Shown: positions 1 to 11,067, numbered from the stretch's first letter. The stretch is 64,000 nucleotides of DNA from Leidyana gryllorum EB-2025a (GCA_048772705.1 JBLWGC010000230.1:1364001-1428000), one strand, 5' to 3'. Numbers and translations: made by a program. Notes: generated by a model from the letters alone, not told the origin.

Positions 1-144
1 TCAAACGTCCAGATCGTTTGACTCAAATGTATACACGATGTACACTCATCTGGATCGGTTGGGACCAAAAATACCTATTTCTTGGCAGAAAGTCAAGCAG
101 ACACGAAGGATCGTCACCGCCGGATTAGTTTGAGAACCTTTCGA

Positions 145-790
145 TTAGGGCTCGGTGAGGCCATCATCGACATAGACAGATGGGCTCTTCTCCTCGAAGT
201 CTTTGAAGCTCTTCCGTTCCCAGCCGTGGCCGCCAGCAGCCACGACTCTCTCCATACTTTTGATAGCCGTCAAATACCACCAGCTGAGACCGAGGTACAC
301 ACACGCCCATACAGTGGACCAAAGGCACTGAAGCCAGATGATTCTCTCCAGACTCCTTCCGGCGAGATACCAGTTCGTGATGTCATAATGGCCGTATCGA
401 ACATGAATGCGGAAACGTGTCCATTTGGTGATTACGGATGCAGTCTCTATGAAAATTGCCGCAAAAGCGCCTGAAGCATTGATTCATCAGTCAGGGGGAA
501 AGCTGTGAGACATTTGCCTTCTCACCGTGTCGGAGGGCTCTGAGTCCGCCTCCCCATCTCGTGAGTGTTGAGATGAATCCCAGGACACCGATGCAGAACA
601 CAATCAGATCAAAGGCCATTTGGTCGTAGAACACTCCCCAGAGGTGTTCATCCCACTCCAACCTGATATACTCCTCCACTTTGTTGCCAATGGGGACCAG
701 AGAGACTATGAGTACGAACAGAGCCAAGGGACAGAAGCGCCAAATGGCTGCTTTGTGATCCGTCGGTGGAGGTACTGTGCACTCAAACAT
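145..790 (-). CDS. Family A four-TM membrane protein, copy A1 (196 aa; exons 526-790 and 145-470)
   Basis: ATG at 790 (MFECTVPPPTDHKAAIWRFCPLALFVL). Removing the phase-1 GTGAG...CTTCAG intron 471-525 joins it to an open exon 2 ending AIKSMERVVAAGGHGWERKSF...TEP-TAA. Four hydrophobic segments; paralogous to A2-A5. Confidence 0.85.
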
Positions 791-1083
791 TTTGGGGCAC
801 CAAGCAGCCGATCTCGGAGGTCGCACGCTCAGCCAGCTGTGCACCCGAATTCGCCTCCCAATCAATCGAACAGACCTTTGACCCCAATCTGGAAGTCAGG
901 TGTCCAAAATATTTCTTAGTCGGCTAACCTTCTCAAACTCCACGTCCAGACGCAGAACAGACGTGTTGGCAACGAAACTACAATGCAAACTCATCGGCAC
1001 AGTGTCAGTTGAGACCAAAAATGCCCATCTCGTCAAGCAAGTCATTGAGATACTTATGAATATCACCCGCGGTATATTTCCAG

Positions 1084-1738
1084 TCAGGGCTCGTTGAGCC
1101 CCTCATCGACATTGACAGATCGGCTCTTCTCCTCGAGCTGCTTGAAACTCTTCCGTTCCCAGCCGTGGCCGCCAGCAGCCACGACTCTCTCCATACTTTT
1201 GATAGCCGTCAAATACCACCAGCTGAGGCCGAGGTACACACACGCCCATACAGTGGACCAAATGCACTGGAGAAGAACTCTCTTCTCCAAATCTATGTCC
1301 TCCTGCTGCACCCAATTCCCGTTCTGGTCGTACCCCCAGCTAAAGTCGAGATACCCTTCTCGGATCGCATCCCCGTATAGGCCCCACTTGAACCATACGA
1401 CACCGATCTCGACCAATATGACAGCAATCGCCGCTGCATTGTAATTCACTGTGGAAAAAGAGTGTCTCCTCACCTTTTGGGAGAGCGCTGAGTCCAGCTT
1501 GCCACCGCCCAATCACTGAGACCAGTCCCATAACACCGACCAGAAAGACCATCACATCGAAAGTCTGAGTGGTCCAGAAGAAGGAAAACAGGTCGTCATC
1601 GTTGTAGAAATATGCGAACTCCTCCACTTTGTTGATAATGAGGAATAGAGAAACTGTCACGATGGCAAGCCCCAAAGGGCACTTTCCCCAGATAGCCGCT
1701 TTGTCGTTTCGAGTCGGGGGTATTGTGCATCGACACAT
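1084..1738 (-). CDS. Family A four-TM membrane protein, copy A2 (204 aa; intron 1434-1473)
   Basis: ORFs 1340-1738 and 1084-1512 are joined by a 40-nt GTGAG...TGCAG phase-1 intron at the same position as in A1. Exon 1 is 265 nt, as in A1 and A3. Confidence 0.85.
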
Positions 1739-2089
1739 TGGGAGTGGCAGACAAAAGTGAGTGAGTGAGTGAGTCGGTTTGTCTCACGCTTTTCACCCGA
1801 ATTCGCGTTCCAACCAATCAATCAATCAATCAATCCCAGAGACCACCGTGAATTTCTGACGGCATCAAACGTCGGATCCTATAAGCTTCCTCTTTTTCCA
1901 GAGTTGGAGGTGGACCTCCCAAAGCTCCGTATCAGACGTCAAAACAGCTTTGTTGGTAACGAAAACACAATCAATGTACACTTGTCGGTGCAGTGCCGGT
2001 CGGTTGAGACCAAAAATGCCGATCTATCCAAAGATGCTCAATGAAAATTGGCAGAATTTCGCCTTCTGAGTGACTCGGGAACTTTCACC

Positions 2090-2702
2090 CTACGCCTTGT
2101 TGAGCCCATCATCGACATAGACAGCTCGGTTCTTCTCCTCGAAGCTCTTCCGTTCCCAGCCGTGGCCGCCAGCAGCCACGACTCTCTCCATACTTTTGAT
2201 AGCCGTCAAATACCACCAGCTGAGGGCGAGATACACACACGCCCATACAGTGGACCAAATGCACTGGAAGCGAGAGGTGGACCGTTCAAGCGCCAAGTAG
2301 TCTTCAGCCCGGATAACCCAGCGATAAAGTGTGCTCCATTTGGTCATTACGAGGCCAGGTTCCATGAACATCGTAGCGAGTGCCCCTGAAACATCAGCTA
2401 CTATTCAAAAGAAAGCTTTGTGGACGTCCTTCCTCACCTCCTCTGAGTGCTCTCAATCCCCCTTCCCATCGCACAATGACCACCACCACTCCAAGAACAC
2501 CCATTGTGAGGATAATCAGATCAAAAGGTGCCACCTTCCAGTACATTGCAAGAAGTTCTTGCTCCCGGGAGTAAACTATGTGCTCTTCCGCTTTGTTAAT
2601 GATGATGCCGAGAGACACTGCCAACACAAAGAGTGCCAGTGGGCAGCATTGCCAAATGGCTGCTGCGTCGCTTCGGGTCGGCGGTATTAAGCGTCGTGGC
2701 AT
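2090..2702 (-). CDS. Family A four-TM membrane protein, copy A3 (186 aa; intron 2386-2437)
   Basis: ORFs 2394-2702 and 2090-2371 are joined by a 52-nt GT-AG phase-1 intron. Has the CCPLALFVL and AIKSMERVVAAGGHGWE motifs. Confidence 0.85.
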
Positions 2703-3166
2703 CTGTGAGCGTTTGATAAAAAGCCATGATTTGTGGCAGATCTCTCAAACTGTGCGTCAATTTCGCAGTCCCAACCTTCTGCTACGTGAATCGTTTTGCT
2801 ACTAAAGCTGCGTCTTCCAGGGAAGACGATCACTAATTCCTGCAAATGTTCAGTAACGTCTTGCGCTTGCCAGCATTGACCAGACAAAGATTGTGGGGTG
2901 AGAGGTGGTGACGCTTGTGATGGCAGATTAGTTCTGCCCTTCCGACGGCAACACAGGTTTGCTGTTTACTGAACGGTATCGTTTGAGCACTCGATTTTCG
3001 GGCTGTGGTATGGGGGTGGGGTGGTATCTGTGAGTTTCGGAGCTTTTGCGGCCGACTCTATTTGATTTTGTTACGCTTAGGATTCAACTATTGGAGTGAG
3101 AGATCAATTTCGAGGTACTCCATCCATCAGGGCCTCTATAGATTATCACAGCTTGTCAGAGATATG

Positions 3167-3799
3167 CTAAGGATCAGCAGGAGTTGTCAATGAGCCGAGT
3201 TGATTTTGCTGCTCCAGTCGGCGCTCGCGAGCCCGAGCGGCTATGAATTTGTAATCCTTGAACTCCCATCCTGAGCCTCCGATCGATATAATTTGGTGTA
3301 AGCTTTTGATGGCCCCAGAGAACCACCAATAGACAATGATATACAAGAGGAACCACACCGCGCACCAGATGAAAGCAAAGTTTGCATCTGCTGCGGTGCG
3401 CCAGCCCTCGCGCGAGCTGATTCCCAACCTGGCCATCAATGTACCGGTCTCAAGGACGACAGTCGCTTTGGCCACTGCAAGAGAGAATCAGTACAGTAGA
3501 GTGGATATGCAACCAGTCTCACCATGTCGAAGATATTTGAGACCTGTGGCCAGGCGAAATAGCACCGAGACAATGCCCAGAAGCCCAAACAAGGCGAAAA
3601 AGAGGTCAAAGAGAATGAGGAATTGCCAGGGACCATAGTTTGGCTGCTTGGTGTAGAATCCCCATACCATAATCCACCACACCAGAACGATCTTGTTAGC
3701 GAGAACGAGACTCGAAATCAGCAACACAAAGAGGGCCAAGGGACAACAGTAGCAGCCTCTGTCCAAGTCATCTCTTGTTTTCGGCAAGACACGGCACAT
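3167..3799 (-). CDS. Family A four-TM membrane protein, divergent copy A4 (194 aa; intron 3475-3522)
   Basis: CCPLALFVL motif, same phase-1 intron (GTGAG...TTGCAG), C-terminal AIKSLHQIISIGGSGWEFKDY. Confidence 0.85.
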
Positions 3800-3924
3800 T
3801 ATCCGCTACATAATACTCAACTTGACGCTTCTTAGCCGATGTGATGTATACTACCTCGAAAATTTTATATTCTAGCTTTACAATGTGATTGCATTGTCTG
3901 GGAGGGCTTAAGGTGAGGAGACCC

Positions 3925-4624
3925 TCACTCAGCTGAGCTATTCGCTGTTCCTGAGTCGCAAACGTTTGGTGCAATGGGGGTCTCCGGGGAGACCGCGCGC
4001 CCGTAGGCTGGGATCCGAGAGGTGGTGGTGGTAGAGGTGGTGGTGGTAGAGGTGGGCGAAGGTGGGGGCATTATGTTTCGCTCGGGCGCCGGAGCGGTTG
4101 AACGTCGCGGGGCGGCAGCCTCGATGTGAGTTTCGCGAGCTGCGCGTCTCTTCTTCAGGTGACGTTCTTCATCTCTCTTCCAGTAATAACTATGCAGGAG
4201 CACAGTGTTCAACATATGGAGCATCGCGTGCAGAACAGGAGCTGCGTCATCGAAATGCAGCCGCCCAACATGCTTGGTATCCATAGAGTGAAAGATACAC
4301 ATCACCACCCCGGCAAACGCGAACTTATCAAGCACTGAGAGAAAATCACAGACTGATTAAGCCGAGATTAATCTTACCCTCAAAGCTCGGGCAGGCGCAA
4401 CAGTGCTGCCGAAAGGCATTCTCGGCCCAGAAAACCCCAACCATCCAGAGTGACGCGGCAAAAGCGCAGAATGTGTAGCTGTGATTCGGTCAATCGACAT
4501 CTCAGTCTCAGTACCCCACTCACCTGTTGCCCGTAAACAGTTCCCACATTGCCACACTGGTGAAGCTCACGATAGGCACCAAAAGTACCAGCATGTGCCA
4601 CTCGAGTTCGAGGATTCCAACCAT
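3925..4624 (-). CDS. Family B four-TM membrane protein with Pro/Ser/Thr-rich SRIP tail, copy B1 (203 aa; introns 4479-4523 and 4335-4377)
   Basis: ATG at 4624 (MVGILELEWHMLVLL). Removing two GT-AG introns restores a frame homologous to B2-B6 (AASLWMVGVFWAENAF...CCAC). Tail contains TTSRIPAYGR. Confidence 0.8.
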
Positions 4625-4957
4625 TGTCGCTTTGGGGGCAACGAGTAGCAATGCCGCTTTGGGTCTGATTCAGCAGGTGATCTAGAACGAATCGGTCGGT
4701 TTTCGGCTAGGATTAAAATCTTTGGCCTCGCCCCGTTGCAGTGAGACACACTAACATTGAACTGTTCAGGGGCACGCACTCACAAGCTGACAGTAATGTT
4801 CACACCTGGTGAGGTCACCAGCCCCGTGCGAGCTGATTCCCCACCGGCTCATCAGTGTTCCTTTCTCACAATTCTAGTCTCCCTCATCGGCGACCTCAAC
4901 GTGATGCTGAGGTGACGTATGCTGCTTAGAGAATTTCCGTCTTGCTTCACTTCTGAG

Positions 4958-5686
4958 TTACATTGTCCGGTGGGCCTTCATGTAGAGACGGGACTCAGCT
5001 GAATCCGCTGTTGTTGAGTCGGATTCTTCTGCGGCACTGGGTGTTCCCGGCGGGGGGCGCCCGTAAGCAGGAATTCGAGAGGTGGTGCTGGGGAAATGTG
5101 GGATCACTATGTTTCGCTTGGGCGCTGGGGAGGCTGGGGGCGCGGCTGATGCTCGGTTGGCCGTGACACGTTTCTCCCGTCGTGTTCTGTAATAAGGATT
5201 CAGTGATATACTGCACCAAAACGAGAGAAAACCCGCGATTAAGTCCAGTGTGCGTCCGTTCCGCACATGTTGGTATACCCAATCTTCTAGTGCAGCTCCG
5301 CGGAGTGTCCTCAGCACCGAAGTAATCCAGATGAGGCCCCTCGCCCCCGAGAACGGTTCGATCAGTGTAAAAACTTCACAGCGCCTATCAGCTGAATTGG
5401 ACTGTACTGGCGGCACGCTCCAGCAGGTGCAGGGACGCAGCTGAAAGACGATCTCCATCACAATAATCTGGGCGAGCCAGACTGACGCGGCAACTATGGG
5501 AAAGAGGGATCTATGATTGGATCACTTTACATCTCAGTATCACTACCCCACTCACAAGCTGTGCATCATCTTCCCGAGCGCCGCAACGCCAGACAAGAGA
5601 ATGATAGGAGACAATAGATCCAGCATGAGCCGCTCAAACTTGAGGGATGAGAGCGGGAGCTTTTCTGCTTCCGCTTGGCAACTCAT
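4958..5686 (-). CDS. Family B four-TM protein, copy B2 (227 aa; intron 5511-5555)
   Basis: 131-nt exon 1 (MSCQAEAEKLPLSSLKF...), 45-nt GTGAG...CATAG phase-2 intron, then ORF 4958-5461. Confidence 0.85.
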
Positions 5687-6253
5687 TGCCGCTTCCGGGA
5701 ATCTGTTATTCGGGAATCTATGCTAGCAAACACGCAGCATGAGGGTGCAAACACACTCCGGGATCTTACCTCCGACGGCAAGAAGTCGCGATGCCATTAT
5801 GAGTTTGACTCAGCCCGAGATCTGCAACGGACCGGTACAGAGCTCAAAAAGATCTCAGACTCAGCAAAAGCACTACTTGCCAACTGCGTCTCCTTGCAAT
5901 CAGACACACTAAGAAGGAAGACTAAGAAGGAAGACACACACACCCACAGACACACACATACTCACGATGCCCCTTGAATGGACAGAAAGGTTGCATCGGG
6001 AGAGGTGTTCCAGCCCTTGCGCGAGCTGATGCCCAATCAATATACCGGATTCACAGTGTCGAGATGTTCAAGACCATTGGCCAGCCGCAACAGTACCGAG
6101 ACCCCAATGGTTAGAGAGAAGCAGACTTAAATCGAATAGTAGCACTCCTCATCCCAAGTTATCCGGTACTTGAACGTGATAGTGACTTGACGTATGCTAC
6201 TTCGAGAATTTCCGTGTAACGTTACGATTCAAGTTCGTCGTAAAACTTCTGCG

Positions 6254-7129
6254 TTACACTGTCCGGCGGGCGTTCATGTAGAGACGCTCAGCTGAATCCG
6301 CTGTTGTTGAGTCAGATTCTTCTGGGGCGATTGGTGTATCCGCGGGGGGGCGCCCGTAAGCTGGAATTCGAGAGGTGGTGCTGGGGAAATGTGGGATCAC
6401 TATGTTTCGCTTGGGCGCTGGGGGGCGCGCATAGGCTGGAATTCGAGAGGTGGTGCTGGGGAAATGTGGGGTCGCTATGTTTCGCTTGGGCGCTGGGGGG
6501 CGCCCATAAGCTGGAATTCGAGAGGTGGTGCTGAGGAAATGTGGGGTCGCTATGTTTCGCTTGGGCGCTGGGGGTGCTGGAGGCGCAGCTGATGCGCGGT
6601 TGGCCTTCACACGTACTTTTCGTCTATGTAGGTAACTACGGGCTACTGACAAACTGCAGAGAAGCGAGAAGAGGCTCGAGAGAGCATCCGCTGTGTAAGC
6701 GTGTAGCCCCTCCTCCGGCGAAATCCTCTCTTCTTTCGCCAGAACAATACCAATGATAATCAAAACAAGCAACAAGATGACCCGCGCCACTGTCAACGCA
6801 TCCAGAACCTCCAAAACTTCACAGCTGGGATCATCTGAGTCTGCGTCTACCGGCGGGACGGTCCAGCAGGTGCAGGGACGCAGCTGAAAGACCATCTCTG
6901 TCACAATAATCTCAACGAGCCAAAGTGCCGCGTCAATGATGGGATAGTAGGACCTGTGATCGGATCACTCGACATCTGAGTATCACTACCTCACTCACGG
7001 AATGTGCACCATCATCACGTACGCCGCCACGCCGGACAAGACAATGGTAGGCCACAATAAATTCAGCATCGGCCACTTAAACTTGAGGGATGAGAGCGGG
7101 AGCGTTTGTGGTTCATCTTGGCAACTCAT
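6254..7129 (-). CDS. Family B four-TM protein, copy B3 (276 aa; intron 6954-6998; three tail repeats)
   Basis: 131-nt exon 1 (MSCQDEPQTLPLSSLKFKWPML...), 45-nt intron, exon 2 containing ORF 6254-6904. Confidence 0.88.
6346..6570 (-). repeat. Three 75-nt coding tandem repeats (PAPKRNIxxPHFxSTTSRIPAYxRP) in the B3 tail
   Basis: ctggaattcgagagg recurs at 6361, 6436 and 6511. Confidence 0.95.
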
Positions 7130-7684
7130 TGCTGCTCCGGGGGATCCGCTATTCCCAAATCTGTGCTAGCAAATACGCAACATGAGGGTGCAAACACACT
7201 CCGGAGAACTTACCTCCGACGGCAAGAAGTCGCGATGCCGCTATGAGTTTGACTCAGCCCGAGATCTGCAACGGACCGGTACAGAGCTCAAAAAGATCTC
7301 AGACTCAGCAAAAGCACTATTTGCCAAGTGCGTCTCCTTGCAGTCAGACACACTAAGACGGAACACACACACACCCACAGACACACACATACTCACGATG
7401 CCCCATGACTGGACAGAAAGGTTGCATCGGGAGAGGTGTTCCAGCCCTTGCGCGAGCTGATGCCCAATCAATATACCGGATTCACAGTGTCGAGATGTTC
7501 AAGACCATTGGCCAGCCGCAACAGTACCGAGACACCAATGCTTACGGCGAACCAGACTTGAATCGAACAGTAGTACTCTTCGTCCCAAGTTATCCGGTAC
7601 TTGAACGTGAGAGTGACTTGACGTATGCTGCTTCGAGAATTTCCGTGTAACGTTACGATTCAAGTTCGTCGTAAAACTTCTGCG

Positions 7685-8423
7685 TTAAACTGTCCGGCGG
7701 GCGTTCATGTAGAGACGCTCAGCTGAATCCGCTGTTGTTGAGTCGGATTCTTCTGGGGCGATTGGTGTATCCGCGGGGGGGCGCCCGTAAGCTGGAATTC
7801 GAGAGGTGGTGCTGGGGAAATGTGGGATCACTATGTTTCGCTTGGGCGCTGGGGAGGCTGGGGGTGCGGCTGATGCTCGAATGGCGTTCACACGTTCATC
7901 CCGTCTGCGTGTGTAAAAAGTAGCTATTTGTAGACAGCACAACAACGAGAGAAACCCCGCGATTAAGTCCAGTATGACTCCGCTCATAAAACGACCGAAT
8001 GTCCAATGTTCTGCTCCAGCTCGAAGAAGTGCGCCGAACACCGAAAATACCAATAACATAGCCCTCAGCACCTCGAACCCTTCGATCAGTACAAATACTA
8101 GACACCTTGGAGCTTTATCATCATCAAAAAGATGAGCGGAGTGTACCGGCGGCACGGTCCAGCAGATGCAGGGACGCAGCTGAAAGACCATCTCTGTCAC
8201 AATAATCTCAACGAGCCAGAGTGGCGGGCAAACAATGTAATAGAAGGATCTGTGTTGGATCACTCAACGTCTCAGATCAGTACCCCACTCACAAGCTGTG
8301 CACCATCGTCCCGAACGCCGCAAAGCCAGACAAGATAATGGTAGGCCACAATAGATTCAGCATCTGCCACTCAAGCTTGAGCGATGAGCACGGGAGCGTT
8401 TCTGCTGCTGCTCGGGCAGTCAT
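7685..8423 (-). CDS. Family B four-TM protein, copy B4 (231 aa; intron 8250-8292)
   Basis: 131-nt exon 1, 43-nt GTGAG...CACAG intron, then the frame of ORF 7685-8263. Confidence 0.87.
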
Positions 8424-8903
8424 TGCTGCTGTTAGGATCCGCTATCGCAAATCTGTGCTAGCAAACACTCAATATAAGGGTGCAAACACACTTCGGGATC
8501 TTACCTCCGACGCCAAGAAGTCGCGATGTCGCTATGAGTCTGATTCAGCCCGAGATCTGCAACGGACCGGTCCAGGGCTCAAATAGATCTCAGACTCAGC
8601 AAAAGCACTATTTGCCAACTGCGTCTCCTTGCAGTCAGACACACTAAGACGGAAGACACACAGACACACACATTGTCATATACACACAGACACACACAGA
8701 TTTACTGTGTCGAGATGTTCGAGACCATTGGCCAACTGCAACTGTACCGAGACACCAATGGTTAGAGAGAAGCAGACTTGAATCGAAAAGTTGCACTCTT
8801 CATCCCAAGTTATCTGGTAATTGAACGTGATAGTGACTTGACGTATGCTGCTTCGAGAAGTTTGTGTAACGGTACAATTCAATTTCGTCTCAAAACTTCT
8901 GAG

Positions 8904-9704
8904 TTACACTGTCCGGCCCGCGTTCATGTAGATACGCTCAGCTGAATCCGCTGTTGTTGAGTCGGATTCTTCTGGGGCGATTGGTGTATCCGCGGGGGGG
9001 CGCCCGTAAGCTGGAATTCGAGAGGTGGTGCTGGGGAAATGTGGGATCACTATGTTTCGCTTGGGCGCTGGGGGGGGCCCATAAGCTGGAATTCGAGAGG
9101 TGGTGCTGAGGAAATGTGGGGTCGCTATGTTTCGCTTGGGCGCTGGGGGTGCTGGAGGCGCAGCTGATGCTCGGTTGGCCTTCACACGTACTTCTCGTCT
9201 GTGCAGGTAACTACCGGTTACTGACGCATAGCAGGCAAGCGAGAAAAGGTGCGAGACACAATCCACTGCGTAAATGTGTCGCCCCTCCTCCGGCGACCTC
9301 CTCCCATCTCTAGTCAGAACAATATTATTGGCACCCAAACCAATGAACAAGATGACCCTCGGGAACATCAACGCATGCAGAACCATCAAAACTTCACAGC
9401 TGGGATCATGTGAGTTTGCGTATACCGGCGGGCCGGTCCAGCAGGTGCAGGGACGCAGCTGAAAGACCATCTCTGTCACAATAATCTCAACCAGCCAGAG
9501 TACCGCGTCAACGATGGGATAGTAGGACCTGTGATCGGATCACTCGACATCTGAGTATCACTACCTCACTCACGGCATGTGCACCATCATCACGTATGCC
9601 GCCACGCCGGACAAGACAATGGTAGGCCACAATAGATTCAGCATCGGCCACTTAAACTTGAGGGATGAGAGCGGGAGCGTTTGTGGTTCCGCTTGGCATC
9701 TCAT
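8904..9704 (-). CDS. Family B four-TM protein, copy B5 (251 aa; intron 9529-9573; two tail repeats at 8996-9145)
   Basis: 131-nt exon 1, 45-nt intron nearly identical to that of B3, then ORF 8904-9479. Confidence 0.87.
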
Positions 9705-9937
9705 TGCTGCATCGGGGGATCCGCTATTCCCAAATCTGTGCTAGCAAACACTCAACATGAGGGTGCAAACACACTTCGGGATCTCACCTCCGACGGCAAG
9801 AAGTCGCGATGTCGCTTTGAGCCTGGCTGAGCTCGAGATGTGCAACGAACCTGGCCAGGGCTCAAATAGATCTCAGACTCAGCAAAAGCACTATTTGCCA
9901 ACTGCGTCATTTTGCACTCAGCACGCCAAGACGGTAG

Positions 9938-10035
9938 ACACGCACACACGCACACACACGCACACGCACACACACACACACACACACGCACACACACGCC
10001 GTCCACACACACACACACACACACACATTCACACG
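9938..10035. repeat. Imperfect (CA)n/(CACG)n microsatellite
   Basis: Directly visible. Shorter CA runs sit at the homologous intergenic position of the other units (about 5934, 7363 and 8656). Confidence 0.95.
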
Positions 10036-10318
10036 TTTCGGATGCCCCTTGGATGCAAGCGAAGGCTGCATCGGGTGTGGTGTCGCCCACATTGCCATCG
10101 ATATATCGGATTTACAGTGTCGAGATGTTCGAGACCATTTGCCAACCGCAACAGTACCGAGACACCAATTTTTAGCGGGGAACAGACTAGAATGGAAGAG
10201 TAGCACGCCAGTCATTCGCTACTTCAACGTGATAATGACGTGATGTATGCTTCGAGAATGTATAAGTTCACAATTGAGTTCATTGTGCTGCTGTGTGTCA
10301 CACTGTCCGCGCGGACCT

Positions 10319-11067
10319 TTATGTAATGCCAGGCTGACCTGAAGCACTTGCTGTTGTAATGGGTGTCTCCGGGAGGGGGCGCCCGTAGGCTGGAATTCGA
10401 GTGGTGGTACCGGGGAGGGGCGGGATCGCTGCGTTTTGGGCGGGGGCTGGAACATAGAGCGGAGGCAGTGGGTTAGCATCGGTCTGGATTTGGGGGGGCG
10501 TGAGGGCGGGAGCTGCTTGGGAGTTGGCCTTTTCTTGTTCTCCCTTTCTACACGTGTAAAAATGACTAACGAGCCCATTGCAGCTCAATGAGACAAAGCC
10601 CCAGACAAAGGTCAGCACGAGACTGGCGTCTCTGGCGCGGCCTGTGATTTTCCCTTCAGACTTCTGTATACCCAGATCGACCAACAAAATGATCAGAGCG
10701 ACCGCCCTCGCCGCCCCGAACAGAAGGATCACTGAAAGAAAATCACAGACTGATTCAGCTGAGATGGGCCATACCAGTACTGTTCCATTCGTCGACCCAT
10801 TCGTCGACCTCCCGCAGCTGAAACAACAGTTCCAGCACAATAACCTCAACAAGCCATAGGGCCGCGGCGACAAGGGAAAAGTAGGACCTGTGATTGGATC
10901 GGATCACTCGACATCTCACTATCGCTCCCCACTCACGGGAGGTGCCGCACTCTCTCGTACACGGCCCCAACAGAAAAGAGAAAGGTAGGGAACAAGAGTA
11001 TCAGCGTGGACCACTCGAATTTGAGGGATGAGCAGGAACGCGTTCGTGGTTCCACTCGGGAACTCAT
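10319..11067 (-). CDS. Family B four-TM protein, copy B6 (218 aa; introns 10888-10936 and 10732-10774)
   Basis: 131-nt exon 1 (MSSRVEPRTRSCSSLKFEW), exon 2 SYFSLVAAALWLVEV...; the second 43-nt intron is required to reach the VILLFGAARAV frame. Tail contains PPLY and TTRIPAYGRP. Confidence 0.8.

Noticed and set aside
82-2389. Repeated plus-strand ORFs (ALPFPAVAASSHDSLHTFDSRQIPP)
   Set aside because: These are antisense shadows of the nearly identical family-A exon 2; they mostly lack ATG starts and diverge outside the shared block.
6346-6570. CRISPR-like array
   Set aside because: The units are contiguous in-frame 75-nt coding repeats without unique spacers, in a eukaryotic context with no cas genes.
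7183-7200. TTTGCACCC as a family-B promoter motif
   Set aside because: Its recurrence is explained by recent duplication and it lies inside the probable UTR intron; there are too few independent occurrences to call it.
5675-10215. Plus-strand ORFs in the family-B spacers (e.g. DGKKSRCRYEFDSARDLQRTG) and His/Thr or Cys/Val ORFs
   Set aside because: Starts, frames and stops are not conserved between copies; they are by-products of duplicated spacers and the (CA)n microsatellite.
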